This document shows, piece after piece, positions 1-10,128 of a stretch of DNA of 64,000 nt (positions are counted from its first letter, which is position 1; the number at the start of each line of letters is the position of its first letter). The translations under genes and the position numbers were made by a program. Below the pieces are notes generated by a model that was given only the letters and a program-made list of their open reading frames with translations, made no database searches and was not told the origin of the DNA. Origin of the DNA: a bacterium (GTDB lineage Bacteria > SZUA-182 > DTGQ01); contig JBFMGO010000007.1 in NCBI GenBank assembly GCA_040752695.1, forward strand, positions 1-64,000, in the 5' to 3' direction.

Positions 1-2
1 AA

Positions 3-497
3 GATATTACCACAGAGGCGATATCTGCTCTGGCTTTGGCTTCAAACCTCGAAGTCGGATTGAAGGCCCTGAAGGTTAATCCTTTCACTGGCTGGGGCAT
101 TGGCGGTCACCCCTTTGCATTCGATACCTATGCACCCCCCTGGACAGCGAAATATTCCCTTTTGCTGGGACTTTGTAAGCAGGATTCCGGCAGCCTGGGG
201 ATACGTCTTATTTCAGAAACCGGCCTCATCGGATTTTTCCTCTTTTTACTGTTCTTATACGAGGTTATCCGCCGTGCACTCTTTGCACTGAAAGAAGCCG
301 AACCCTCTTCGTCCGCATCGATTCCCCTTTGCATTGGCGTACTGATTTCAACCATAGGTGTGATCACCAGAGTTTTATCCCGGTATGGAAGTTACTATTC
401 ACTCGTTTTTTGGGTATCTCTTGGGTTAACTTCCAGCATCCCGAAAGTTCTCGGCTCTTGCTCCTGTCAGGGGGAGTTGGAGATAGCCGGGGAGTAA
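3..497 (+). CDS. O-antigen ligase/Wzy-like polymerase, C-terminal part (runs in from the window edge)
   Basis: Frame is open from position 3. NPFTGWGIGG motif, ISETGLIGFFLF helix and further TM segments; lies next to a Wzz-like gene. Confidence 0.7.
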   Translation, partial: DITTEAISALALASNLEVGLKALKVNPFTGWGIGGHPFAFDTYAPPWTAKYSLLLGLCKQDSGSLGIRLISETGLIGFFLFLLFLYEVIRRALFALKEAEPSSSASIPLCIGVLISTIGVITRVLSRYGSYYSLVFWVSLGLTSSIPKVLGSCSCQGELEIAGE

Positions 498-569
498 TTA
501 TCCCTCTTTAAGCTTAATTATCATCATTATCAATGCGTTATCATCATTATCAAGGACTTGTGAAAAAAT

Positions 570-1685
570 ATGAAACATGATGAACCCAAGCTCCAGGATT
601 ACTGGCAGATAATACGAAAGCGGTGGAAACTGATCCTTTGTATTCTGTTTTTTGGCACTGCCACAGCAGCCGTAGTGAATTACTGCTTACCCGATGTGTT
701 TGAGGCCACAGCAACTCTCATGGCGCTGGAGGCTCCGGCGGGCCTTGCTTCCACAGTCAGTGAATCTTTCCGGTCCATGATCGATATCCCGTCTCTCACC
801 GGAATGGGGGGGAAATCGACTACGGAAAAAATCATCAACATTCTGGAAAGCCGCACGATGTGTGAGGAAGTTGCGACACAGCTCAATCTGCAAGCCGTAT
901 TTCCTCAAGACCCCTCCGTATCAGACCCGTGGACAGGAACTATCCGCAGGTTGAAAAAGATGCGGACCATACAGGATAATCATCAGGGGCTGATTCTGGT
1001 CAGCGTTCAGTATACCGATCCCAACCTGACCGCGTCTATAGCCAACAGTTATGTTTCCTGCCTGAAGAAGCTCCTCCAGGAAAATGCATTCTCTCTGACG
1101 AAGAAAAACCGCCTGTTTATCGAAGAGCAACTGGCCCATTACAGTGAAAAGCTGAGAAGTGCAGAGGAGAGATTTAAAGAATTCCAGATGCATGAAAAAA
1201 TTATCTCCATAGATGAACAATCCAAAGCGGCGATTGCCACCATTGCCGAACTCAAGGCACAGATTATCAATAAGGCCGTGCAATTAGGCGGCCTGAAAAG
1301 CTTTGCCACTATGAATAATCCGGAAGTTATACAGATGGAAAATGAATTGGTTGAATTGAAAAACCAGGTGCATCTTTTGGAAGAGCGGCAGGAGAATCTG
1401 AAGCCGAGTTCACTGCCATGCCTTCAGAATGCCCCCGAGTTGGGAGTAAAATACCTCAGATTGAAGCGGGACATTAACACCTTCGAGAAGGTTTACGAAA
1501 TGCTGACCCAGCAGCTTATTCTCGCCAGAATACAGGAGTCTAAAGAGGAACTCAGGTTTCAGATCGTTGACCGCGCCATACCCCCTGACCGAAAGATCCG
1601 CCCCCGCCGCATGCTTTCAATTCTCATTACCGCTGTATCAGCCATAGGTATCGGTGTTTTGTTCTCCGTCCTGTTAGAAAGATAG
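570..1685 (+). CDS. Polysaccharide chain-length determinant (Wzz/GumC family)
   Basis: N-terminal DYWQIIRKRWKLI plus TM, ILESR motif, coiled coil, C-terminal IVDRAIPPDRKIRPRR plus TM. Confidence 0.9.
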   Translation: MKHDEPKLQDYWQIIRKRWKLILCILFFGTATAAVVNYCLPDVFEATATLMALEAPAGLASTVSESFRSMIDIPSLTGMGGKSTTEKIINILESRTMCEEVATQLNLQAVFPQDPSVSDPWTGTIRRLKKMRTIQDNHQGLILVSVQYTDPNLTASIANSYVSCLKKLLQENAFSLTKKNRLFIEEQLAHYSEKLRSAEERFKEFQMHEKIISIDEQSKAAIATIAELKAQIINKAVQLGGLKSFATMNNPEVIQMENELVELKNQVHLLEERQENLKPSSLPCLQNAPELGVKYLRLKRDINTFEKVYEMLTQQLILARIQESKEELRFQIVDRAIPPDRKIRPRRMLSILITAVSAIGIGVLFSVLLER

Positions 1686-1741
1686 AAAGAAAAACAGGAC
1701 CAAGAGCAGAATCGCGAAGAGGAGGGGATGGGGAGGTGCCG

Positions 1742-2917
1742 TTACACCCTTTTTTCAAGCAGGGATAAATACCTTTTGGCCACTTCGTCCCAGTGAGGGA
1801 AGGACAGAAAATGCTGTTTGCCCTTCCGGGCCACTTCGGCCAGCAAGGAGGGATTCTCCTTCAGGGAGAGAAGCTTTCTTGCGGCATCCTCTATGGAATC
1901 CATCCGGTAATAAACAGCGCTGTCCTCACAGATAACCCGGCTGTAGGGCAGGTCTACTGTGCAGATGGGCAGGCCGAACCCAAGAGCCTCGAGCAGGGGA
2001 TTACCAAAGCTTTCCAGGTAGGAAGGAAAAAAAAGGCCATCCGCCCGCTGGTACCAGGCACTGAGTTGATCCGTGGATAGTTCCCCTACGTTGATGACCA
2101 TATCTGATAATCCCTGCCGCACGATCGCATTCATCAAAGATTGTACACCCGGTAACTGAGGGTCCAGGGTTATAATAAAGGCCAGGTCCTCAATTCCCCG
2201 CCTTTTCAGATGTTCAGCCAGTGAGAGGATAAACCGGTGATTTTTATGCGGATAATACCGGCTTACATACAGCCAGAGCATTTTATGATCTAACTTTTCC
2301 GGCATTCCTCCTGCTTTTCCCTCCATATTCGATGGTCTTCCCTCATTTTTCGAGATATCTTCAGCCGCCATTATATTACTCGCAACTGCATTGGGAATCA
2401 CGGAAATTCGCTTTTCAGAAACCTTCCAGACTGCGGCCAGTCGCGTTTTCATATAGCTCGATTGGACCACAAAGAGATCGGCATGGCGGACAGTCCGGCT
2501 GAAGATTTTGATTTCCAGATATTTTTTCATTTTCTTCAGGGTGGAAGGGTATGAATACCGGTCATTATCAACATAAAAAGAGTTACGCAGCAAGACCAGT
2601 ACCGGTATCGGTAACCTGACCGGGGCATGATTCCCCAGGGCCATGACTGCATCAGCCTTGAAATCACGAACCAGCGAAGGGAAAAGGAAAAAATCGAACC
2701 AGATTCGCCAGAGGGGATTTTCCTTTTTCCACCTGGAGAAAAACTTCCATTGCCAGTTTTCCCCCAGGGGCAGGGCCTCATACCCGAACCCTGAAGGGGC
2801 CACGACCAGATATCGATGACTTCTGGTTTTAAGGGCGGATATAGCCCGCAGGAGTTCTTTCCCCGTGACCAGTGTTCCGGCTGAAGTTAAGTTAATGGCA
2901 TTAATCGCAATACGCAC
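1742..2917 (-). CDS. Glycosyltransferase family 4
   Basis: YVSRYYPHKN and FPSYLESFGNPLLEALGFGLP (E-x7-E) motifs. Confidence 0.9.
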   Translation of the reverse strand: MRIAINAINLTSAGTLVTGKELLRAISALKTRSHRYLVVAPSGFGYEALPLGENWQWKFFSRWKKENPLWRIWFDFFLFPSLVRDFKADAVMALGNHAPVRLPIPVLVLLRNSFYVDNDRYSYPSTLKKMKKYLEIKIFSRTVRHADLFVVQSSYMKTRLAAVWKVSEKRISVIPNAVASNIMAAEDISKNEGRPSNMEGKAGGMPEKLDHKMLWLYVSRYYPHKNHRFILSLAEHLKRRGIEDLAFIITLDPQLPGVQSLMNAIVRQGLSDMVINVGELSTDQLSAWYQRADGLFFPSYLESFGNPLLEALGFGLPICTVDLPYSRVICEDSAVYYRMDSIEDAARKLLSLKENPSLLAEVARKGKQHFLSFPHWDEVAKRYLSLLEKRV

Positions 2918-3131
2918 CTTTTCCCTGACCTTTCATATTCTGTTCGTTCCATTGAACACTATCGCTTCCTGCCATATCATCGTATTCATCATCCAACTCC
3001 CTCGTTTCCCTGCCTCTCAGCTTCCCCGCTTCCCCGCCTTCCCGCCTCCTTGCGCCCCCAAGAGCCTCCCATCACTCCGCACATCCTGTCTTCCCGGTCC
3101 TGTCCCTCTCATACCCCGTTCCCCTTCATAA

Positions 3132-4346
3132 TCAGCAGCACAGACCGAGCAATCGCCCGAATTCGTCCAGGGACTGACGCCGCGAGAACCGCTCTTCCAG
3201 GTAACGCCTGCCAGCCAGCCCTTCCTGTTGGACCCTGGCCGGGTGCCGAAGGTAATCTTCAATCGCTTCCACAAGACCGTGTGCATCTCCTGCGGCCACA
3301 CTCTGGCCGCACTTTCCCTCATGGATCAGCCTGGCAGCCTCTCCTTCCGGGTCCCCGATAAAGAGAATTGGCCTGCCTGCGGCCAAAGCGCCATAGATCT
3401 TGCTTGGAAAAACCAATCCCTCTATCGTGGGATCGAGGGAGACCAGATGCAGGTCGGCAGCCCCAAGTATCTGGGGAAGTTTTTCACGAGGCTGATAAGG
3501 CAAAAACCTGACATTCGAATGCCCGTGAGCTTGAACAAACTGCCTGATACTATCCTGCCGGGCTCCGCCGCCGATCAACAGGAAGAGCAGCCGATCCTGA
3601 TAAGGCGAAAGATCCTTCATGGCTGCCAGAACCGTTTTGAAATCATGGACCAGTCCCATGTTGCCGGAATAGGCCACGACAAATTTCCCATGCAGGTTTT
3701 GCCGCGCCACAAAGGGATTTTCACCTTTCTGCATTGGCCGGATGCTCTCATCATCCGACCAGTTGCAGATTACCCTGACCCTGGCCGGAGAAACACCGTA
3801 GTGCGCTACGCGGTTTCGCATACCCTCACTGACTACCACTACATGATCTGCCTGCCGTAAAATCGAGGAGGATACCTTTTGCAGCCACCGGCTCATTCCT
3901 CCTTCCGGATTCAGATACCCAAGGCGAATGGCTACATCAGGATAAAGATCCTGGACCCAGTAGATAAACCTGGCACCTTTGATGCGGGCTATAGCCAATC
4001 CCAAGAGGCCGATCAGCGGCGGTGTGGACATGGCCATTACGACCCGGGGCTTATGTATGCGAAGTCCGCAGGCGGATGCTCCCGGATAAAAGCTCAGGTA
4101 ATTGCAGAGCCTGTTCCAGGTGCTGCTGCGAGCAAACCGTGTGGACCAGCACCGGTGAATCCTGGCCCCCCTAAAATTATCCTCTTTCCGGTAGCGGGTT
4201 TTTGGGCTTATGTAGCTGCGATTACTGGTTATTACCTCTACCGGCACTTTTCGCGATCGCAGTTCCGCCACAAGATCGGTCATTAACTGCGAGGTAGCAG
4301 CCAGATCTGGATAGAAAAACTGGTTTATCAAGAGGAGCTTTTCCAT
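3132..4346 (-). CDS. Glycosyltransferase family 4 (WcaI/WbuB-like)
   Basis: INQFFYPD, QDLYPD, YSGNMG and FPSKIYGALAAGRPI motifs. Confidence 0.9.
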   Translation of the reverse strand: MEKLLLINQFFYPDLAATSQLMTDLVAELRSRKVPVEVITSNRSYISPKTRYRKEDNFRGARIHRCWSTRFARSSTWNRLCNYLSFYPGASACGLRIHKPRVVMAMSTPPLIGLLGLAIARIKGARFIYWVQDLYPDVAIRLGYLNPEGGMSRWLQKVSSSILRQADHVVVVSEGMRNRVAHYGVSPARVRVICNWSDDESIRPMQKGENPFVARQNLHGKFVVAYSGNMGLVHDFKTVLAAMKDLSPYQDRLLFLLIGGGARQDSIRQFVQAHGHSNVRFLPYQPREKLPQILGAADLHLVSLDPTIEGLVFPSKIYGALAAGRPILFIGDPEGEAARLIHEGKCGQSVAAGDAHGLVEAIEDYLRHPARVQQEGLAGRRYLEERFSRRQSLDEFGRLLGLCC

Positions 4347-4494
4347 ATCGAATTAATAATAGAGTACTATTGTTTTTATCAGTGCCTTACCAGCGCGTTA
4401 TCTATGGTATTCCCACTGTGCACTTCGTTGTGGGTAGTCATTATGTCGCCACTACCGGTATTGTATATTCCAGGGTCCCCGCCTCTCTTTTCCT

Positions 4495-5652
4495 TTATCC
4501 TTTTTTCTCCTTTAGGGCAATAGCATCCGACTCAGGGATGTATGGCCGGGAAGTGCTCTTGTAAAGATGCGGACCACGTGCAGTCTTCAAGTCGGTCATG
4601 TTCCTTATCGTTAGACACGAGGCCAGGAGAAATAATACCCAGACTCTGTGATTGATCCTGGGCAGGAATACGGTACACAGGGCACATCCGGCAAAGATAA
4701 GGCAAAGGCAATACAAAAGTACGACAGCCAGGCGTTGAGAAAAACCCCGGTCCAAGAGCTTATGATGAATATGGCACTGATCCGCCTTGAATACGAAACG
4801 AATCTTGTCTATTACCCCTCTGTCCCGTTCTGAGCGGAAGAACCGGCGCAGCACCGCCAGGGTCATATCCATGATCGGGAACCCCAAAACCATAACAGGC
4901 ACGGCTATGGGCAAAACCGCATTATGCCTCGACTGGACCCCTTGGACGGAGAGGAACGATAACCAGAATCCGATAAAAAGGCTGCCGGAATCTCCCAGAA
5001 AAATGGATGCCGGATGAAAGTTATATACTAAAAACCCAAGAACATTTCCCACCAGGATCAGGGAAATAAAGGCAATGAATGGATTTCCATTCGTACAGGC
5101 TATGGTAAAAATGGCCAACCCCGCAATTGCTGCCACTCCTGAGGCTAATCCATCCAGTCCGTCGATGATGTTCAGGGCATTGGTAATGCCGACTACCCAC
5201 AGGAACGTGAAGGGGATCGATAACCATCCCAGGACCAGGGCACCTTCTCCGAAAGGATTACTTACCGCCCGGATCTGGAATCCGAAGCCTATGATCATAC
5301 ATCCGGCAGCCAGGCTTTGAAAAAAAATTTTCGGCCCCGGCTTGATGTTTCTGCAATCGTCATAGAAGCCAAGCCCAATAATAATGAGTGATCCCAAGAC
5401 CAAGCCTGCCCAGCCGCGGGCTGGATCGATGAGGGTCTGACGAATCCAGGGGATGAGAAGAGCAAAAAAGAGACTCAGGCAAAAGGAGCAGAAGACAGCC
5501 AGACCTCCCAGCAGTGGGACAGGAGTTTTATGCACTTTACGCTCATTAGGCATATCTAAAATACCATTTTTATGAACAAGTTTTCTCACAATAGGTGTGA
5601 CAATGAGTGATAATAAGAAGGATAAAATTAATAAGAGTAAGTAAACTATCAT
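4495..5652 (-). CDS. wecA: Undecaprenyl-phosphate GlcNAc-1-phosphate transferase (WecA/TagO, MraY family)
   Basis: RKVHKTPVPLLGG, GFYDD, NALNIIDGLDGLASG, NFHPASIFLGDSGS and HIHH motifs; multi-TM. Confidence 0.9.
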   Translation of the reverse strand: MIVYLLLLILSFLLSLIVTPIVRKLVHKNGILDMPNERKVHKTPVPLLGGLAVFCSFCLSLFFALLIPWIRQTLIDPARGWAGLVLGSLIIIGLGFYDDCRNIKPGPKIFFQSLAAGCMIIGFGFQIRAVSNPFGEGALVLGWLSIPFTFLWVVGITNALNIIDGLDGLASGVAAIAGLAIFTIACTNGNPFIAFISLILVGNVLGFLVYNFHPASIFLGDSGSLFIGFWLSFLSVQGVQSRHNAVLPIAVPVMVLGFPIMDMTLAVLRRFFRSERDRGVIDKIRFVFKADQCHIHHKLLDRGFSQRLAVVLLYCLCLIFAGCALCTVFLPRINHRVWVLFLLASCLTIRNMTDLKTARGPHLYKSTSRPYIPESDAIALKEKKG

Positions 5653-5886
5653 CTTTATTTTGCCGAGAGCTTATACACAATAAAGAATCAATGCTCATAC
5701 TTTTCAGAGAAAAAATGAGCTCATAACAACTAAATTATTAACACCTATTAATCGGTAAATTAACACATTCAACGCTCATTTTTTATGGATTGATTTTGTG
5801 GTGCCGATGGTATGGATGGTATTGAAATGGTAAAAAGAAAAGGGGAGATAAGATATTCGGGAATAGGAGCTTACCTTTTTCTGAAG

Positions 5887-6074
5887 TGTAGTATCTTAAG
5901 ACAGATTAAAAGTGAAGAAGTTTACGTAATAATCTCAGATAGTTATTATCAGAAAACCCGGAGATTTAAAAAAACTGTAGCCTATGACTACAATAGTATA
6001 AGATATCAGTATTTTTGATATTATTCAATTTATATTAAAAATCAATAGCTTGTGTCTATGGAATAAAAAATGCA
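5887..6074 (+). promoter_or_regulatory. Putative sigma-54 promoter with IHF site and enhancer-binding-protein sites upstream of the PEP-CTERM genes
   Basis: TGT-N11-ACA at 5887-5903 and 5976-5992; IHF consensus AATCAATAGCTTG at 6040-6052; TGG-N10-GC (TGGAATAAAAAATGCA) at 6059-6074. Confidence 0.6.
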
Positions 6075-6406
6075 TGTCATTACAAAATATGGTTAGAAAT
6101 GCTGAAAATATCAAAGATGCGAGTGAAAGTGGAAGGCTTGGAATGAACCTGTCTCAAAAATAAAACCCTCTATGAGAAATCTCCACACTCCATCTTTTCC
6201 GAAGGAGGGTGGGGGAGGTACCTTGAAAAATGGGGGGAGGAGGTACCTTTGAATAGGGAAGAGAAGGTAGTTTGGGGAGATGCCCATTGTAAAACTTGAT
6301 TACCATGACTTGATTACCATGATAAAGAACGCTCATTTTAAAATCAGATAAGTATCTTTATCTTTGCCTTAACGGATGAGAAAGAGAACTTAAGGAGACC
6401 CGAACT

Positions 6407-7102
6407 ATGAGAAATGTATTTCTTTGTTTATTGGCACTAGGTATCATTCTGTTTGCCAGTGCATGCTGGGCTGTTTCTTTTGTTAATGGCAGTTTTGAAG
6501 AAGCCGGCAATCTGACTGGTTGGACAACCCATGGCACTGTCTCTCAAGTCCACAGCGGTACTGTCACCTTCGATACATACAGCTACGATATCACTGCCCA
6601 GCAAGGCGATTCCATGGCGTTACTCTCTGCGCCCGGTCTTTCTGGAGGTGGAAGTTACAACAATAACTGGATCAGTCAAAACCTTGTCGGTTTTCAAGGA
6701 GGAGTAGTCTCTTTTTACTACAATCTGTTCTCGACTGACTGGGAAGGAAATGATCGATTTACAGTTAAATTTTACGATGAGCACAATGATGAGATTGTCG
6801 ATGCGAGGTTGGAGCTCGATGAATATGCCGCTGATAAACCCATTGTAGATCTTGCGCTCTACTACAGTGACTGGCAATACTTTTCACATAACTTTGGTGC
6901 TTATACCGGACCACTTACCATGTCCATGAGCATAAAACTTGCCTCTGGCAATGGAGGCGATGATAACTATAATACCTGGGCATACGTTGATAATTTCACG
7001 CTGACTCCACCAGCACCGGTCCCGGAGCCAGGAGCCATCTTTCTGTTTGGTTTTGGTTTGATGGGCCTCATCGGAATCAAAAGAAAGATCTGGAAAGTCT
7101 GA
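6407..7102 (+). CDS. PEP-CTERM sorting domain surface protein
   Basis: Signal peptide, NGSFE...GWT start typical of a beta-sandwich domain, C-terminal VPEPGAIFLFGFGLMGLIGIKRK. Confidence 0.9.
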   Translation: MRNVFLCLLALGIILFASACWAVSFVNGSFEEAGNLTGWTTHGTVSQVHSGTVTFDTYSYDITAQQGDSMALLSAPGLSGGGSYNNNWISQNLVGFQGGVVSFYYNLFSTDWEGNDRFTVKFYDEHNDEIVDARLELDEYAADKPIVDLALYYSDWQYFSHNFGAYTGPLTMSMSIKLASGNGGDDNYNTWAYVDNFTLTPPAPVPEPGAIFLFGFGLMGLIGIKRKIWKV

Positions 7103-7270
7103 CATATTCAAAAAAGAGTTATCCCTGGAAACCTGCGGCAACAAGAAAGGCCGTCCATTCATCTAAGGACTTAAATTTTCTTGATCCTGGATTTATGCCT
7201 GGCAAACGCGTTGAGGGTAAGGTTATTGGGAACAAAAAATTTTATAAAAGGGGGAGGAAGGAGTGACAAA

Positions 7271-8227
7271 ATGAGAACAAAAAACTTATTATTGGTCTTA
7301 ATTTTTGCCTTAGCAGTAACAATCCCTTCCACAGGTTTGGCCTTACAATTCAATGATCTTATTAATACCTACATAAGTTCAAGCCCATATGAGGGAAGCC
7401 TTTCGCACCTCGGAACCACCCAGATGGACACCGTCACCTCCGGTAATATCGACTACTGGAGGGACATGATCAAAAACACCACGGCCATCTTCAGCGGCTC
7501 GTCAGGCAACTATACCGTATCTACCTGGGATGATGAGCCTCTTAATCCTGTCCGGGAAAGCGAGTATAACGGCCTGCTGAAAGGGGAACTTGCTGTTAAC
7601 GAGGATGGATTGACTGCAGGACTGGCAGAAGGGGATACCATATATAAAGTGGATTGGAAAATGGGTGATACACCGTTCACTACCTATGGTGTGGGATCGG
7701 GTTCCGATTACAAGTTCGAGCCTACCATATTTCTTTCAGCCGAAGACCCTACTTGGACAGGTGGTGCCACCTGGGTCGGCCCTGAGGGCTGGAGGCGGGC
7801 TTATTACACGGTGAAGTGCACGGTAACTGAATACCCGTGCTACATCCCCAAAGACAGTGTTGTATGGGAAATCAGCTCCTGGCATACTATTCTGTGGGAT
7901 GTTCAAGGCGCGGAGACGCAGAAAAGTGTATCCGATGTACCATGCCCTCATAACTGTGCAGGCCATGGTGGCCCCTGCCCTTATTGCCCATGCGATCTTC
8001 TGGTTACGAAGTATACCGTAGGTGTATGTTCAGGCCTTAAGAGCATCGAAATCGGGGGGAATCCGATAACTGTGGCGATCGAAGGATTTGGCGGGTGCGG
8101 TGGAGTGCAAGATTATGTCGTCAATCACCAATCGCCATGCTGCACCCCGGAACCGTCAACCTGCCTGCTTTTCTTCTTTGGAGTGCTTGGCATGGTGGGG
8201 ATAAAGAAAAAGATCGGGAAAGGCTGA
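7271..8227 (+). CDS. Cys-rich PEP-CTERM sorting domain surface protein
   Basis: ATG at 7271 after a purine-rich RBS, signal peptide, C-terminal TPEPSTCLLFFFGVLGMVGIKKK. Confidence 0.85.
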   Translation: MRTKNLLLVLIFALAVTIPSTGLALQFNDLINTYISSSPYEGSLSHLGTTQMDTVTSGNIDYWRDMIKNTTAIFSGSSGNYTVSTWDDEPLNPVRESEYNGLLKGELAVNEDGLTAGLAEGDTIYKVDWKMGDTPFTTYGVGSGSDYKFEPTIFLSAEDPTWTGGATWVGPEGWRRAYYTVKCTVTEYPCYIPKDSVVWEISSWHTILWDVQGAETQKSVSDVPCPHNCAGHGGPCPYCPCDLLVTKYTVGVCSGLKSIEIGGNPITVAIEGFGGCGGVQDYVVNHQSPCCTPEPSTCLLFFFGVLGMVGIKKKIGKG

Positions 8228-8380
8228 TCGGCTGCATACGTCTTTATTAGGCAGAAACCAGCAATGGCCCTCTCTGCCTTATGTCGTTTTATCAAACAGG
8301 CGGGTCATCTCACGGAACAATCCAGCTCCTTAACCGGCTTTTAACAATCCCTTGTACCGTGCGAAAACTTGAGCAGGCAG

Positions 8381-10015
8381 CTATTTCAAAATTTCCAGAA
8401 CGTGGGGCACGAGCTGTTTTTTCCTTGACAGCATGCCCTTGGCGAAGAGCAGGTTCTGCTCAATCTTATCGTAGCCCAGGCGTTCGGCTAGGTATTCTTT
8501 CCCTGCATAGAGGAGGTAACTTCCCCCTTTCACCACATCGCTGACCATCAGGATCGAGAAAAGGTATTCATGGTTAGAGGTTATGGCCTGAAGTTGCGTG
8601 AGAAGGTCACTTTTAAGGTCATTCAAAAGAGATCGGCCAACGATTTCCACCTGACCGATCCCGAACTTTCCGGTCTCTCCCTCGTAAACCTTAAAATCGT
8701 TATTGATGATTTCCCTGGCCGAAAGCGTGCTGATAGAGGAACTGGCGGTAAACAGATCGTTTCCAAACCGCAGGATATCGAGGCCGGCTATTTCTCCCAG
8801 CCAGCAAGCCATATCCTGGTCATAGGGGGTGGTGGTCGGTGATTTGAAGAGCATGGTATCGGAGAGAATGCCCGAGAGTAACAGCCCGGCTATATCAGGT
8901 GCCGGAGGTTTTTGCATTCTATGGAAAAATTGGGTAATGATCGTGCAGGTACTCCCTAAGGGCTCATTGATGAAGCGGATCGGGCGGATAGTGTGAAGAT
9001 CCCCTAAACGGTGGTGATCGATAATTTCGACCAGTTCTGCCTCTTCGATGCCGTCGATGGCCTGGCTTCTTTCATTGTGATCCACAAGGACGACCTGCTT
9101 TCGGTAGCCTTTGAGTAAATCGGTCCGGGTAACAATGCCTTGAAGGTTCCTTTCATCATCCAGAACGACCAGACCTCTTTCTTCAGCATGGATGATCCTT
9201 TCCCTGATTTCGAAAAACCGGTCCTCCGGTTTAATGAATTCTTTTACCGGCTCGGCTACTTTTTCTACGGGCGTGGACAGGCGGGCCAAAAAGGCCGTGG
9301 CTGCCGTATCATAGGCAGAGAGCAGGATGGGGACTTCTTTTGCCGCCGCCAGTTCAAGAATGTCATCGCTGATATGCGCTCCCCCCGAAACGAGCAGGGC
9401 GTATACTCCCAACTCAATGGCCAGTTTCTGAATGTTGTGGCGGTCGCCGACAATCACCACAGGCCGGGCTGTTTCGGCAGACTGCAGAACGTGCCGGCTG
9501 AATGCATCCTCCTCCATGCCTCCAACCAGGAGCCGGACAGGAACGGTTTGCTGAGAACTTTTCCCGACCAGCAATTTGGCCTTGGTACTCTGGGCCAGGG
9601 CATTGACGGAGACAGGCAATGCATTGGGGAAGTTTTCATGCTGAAGGATATGGCGGGCTATACGGGAAAAAGTCAAGATTCCCTGCACATGATGGCTGTC
9701 CGCGGAAATCGGGATGAAGTGAAATTCGTTTTCCTTGAAAAGCTCTACCGCCTTTCGCAGCGGGTCTTGAGGATGAAGGTAAACCGCCTCCCTGGTCATA
9801 ATATCCCGTGCCCTGATATAGAGGTCGGAGACATAGACAGGGGGTAAAACGTTAAATTTATCAAGGACAAATTGGGTTTGGGGATTGATATTTCCACATC
9901 TAGCCGGAATAAAGCCTTCTTCTCCAGAAATTTGCTTTTTGAAATAGGCATAAGCTAGACTGGCACAAATAGAATCCGTGTCAGGATTTTTATGGCCAAT
10001 AACTATTGTTGACAT
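8381..10015 (-). CDS. ppaC: Mn-dependent inorganic pyrophosphatase (family II) with CBS-DRTGG-CBS insert
   Basis: GHKNPDTDSIC, LVDHNE, IIDHH, SDT and SRKKQ motifs; internal VGDR (DRTGG) and CBS segments. Confidence 0.95.
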   Translation of the reverse strand: MSTIVIGHKNPDTDSICASLAYAYFKKQISGEEGFIPARCGNINPQTQFVLDKFNVLPPVYVSDLYIRARDIMTREAVYLHPQDPLRKAVELFKENEFHFIPISADSHHVQGILTFSRIARHILQHENFPNALPVSVNALAQSTKAKLLVGKSSQQTVPVRLLVGGMEEDAFSRHVLQSAETARPVVIVGDRHNIQKLAIELGVYALLVSGGAHISDDILELAAAKEVPILLSAYDTAATAFLARLSTPVEKVAEPVKEFIKPEDRFFEIRERIIHAEERGLVVLDDERNLQGIVTRTDLLKGYRKQVVLVDHNERSQAIDGIEEAELVEIIDHHRLGDLHTIRPIRFINEPLGSTCTIITQFFHRMQKPPAPDIAGLLLSGILSDTMLFKSPTTTPYDQDMACWLGEIAGLDILRFGNDLFTASSSISTLSAREIINNDFKVYEGETGKFGIGQVEIVGRSLLNDLKSDLLTQLQAITSNHEYLFSILMVSDVVKGGSYLLYAGKEYLAERLGYDKIEQNLLFAKGMLSRKKQLVPHVLEILK

Positions 10016-10128
10016 GCCTGTCGTCCTTATGAAAGAGACACTCCCTTATGAAAGAAACCTGCCCTTATCGGGAAAACTCGCCCTTCGTTGAGTACCGCAT
10101 TTTTATCGGGTACCTTTTACGAAAACGC

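Noticed and set aside
7181..7270. N-terminal ORF extensions in the track (7181, 14569, 36339, 37885, 58951)
   Set aside because: Downstream ATGs fit RBS position, signal peptides or domain starts better.
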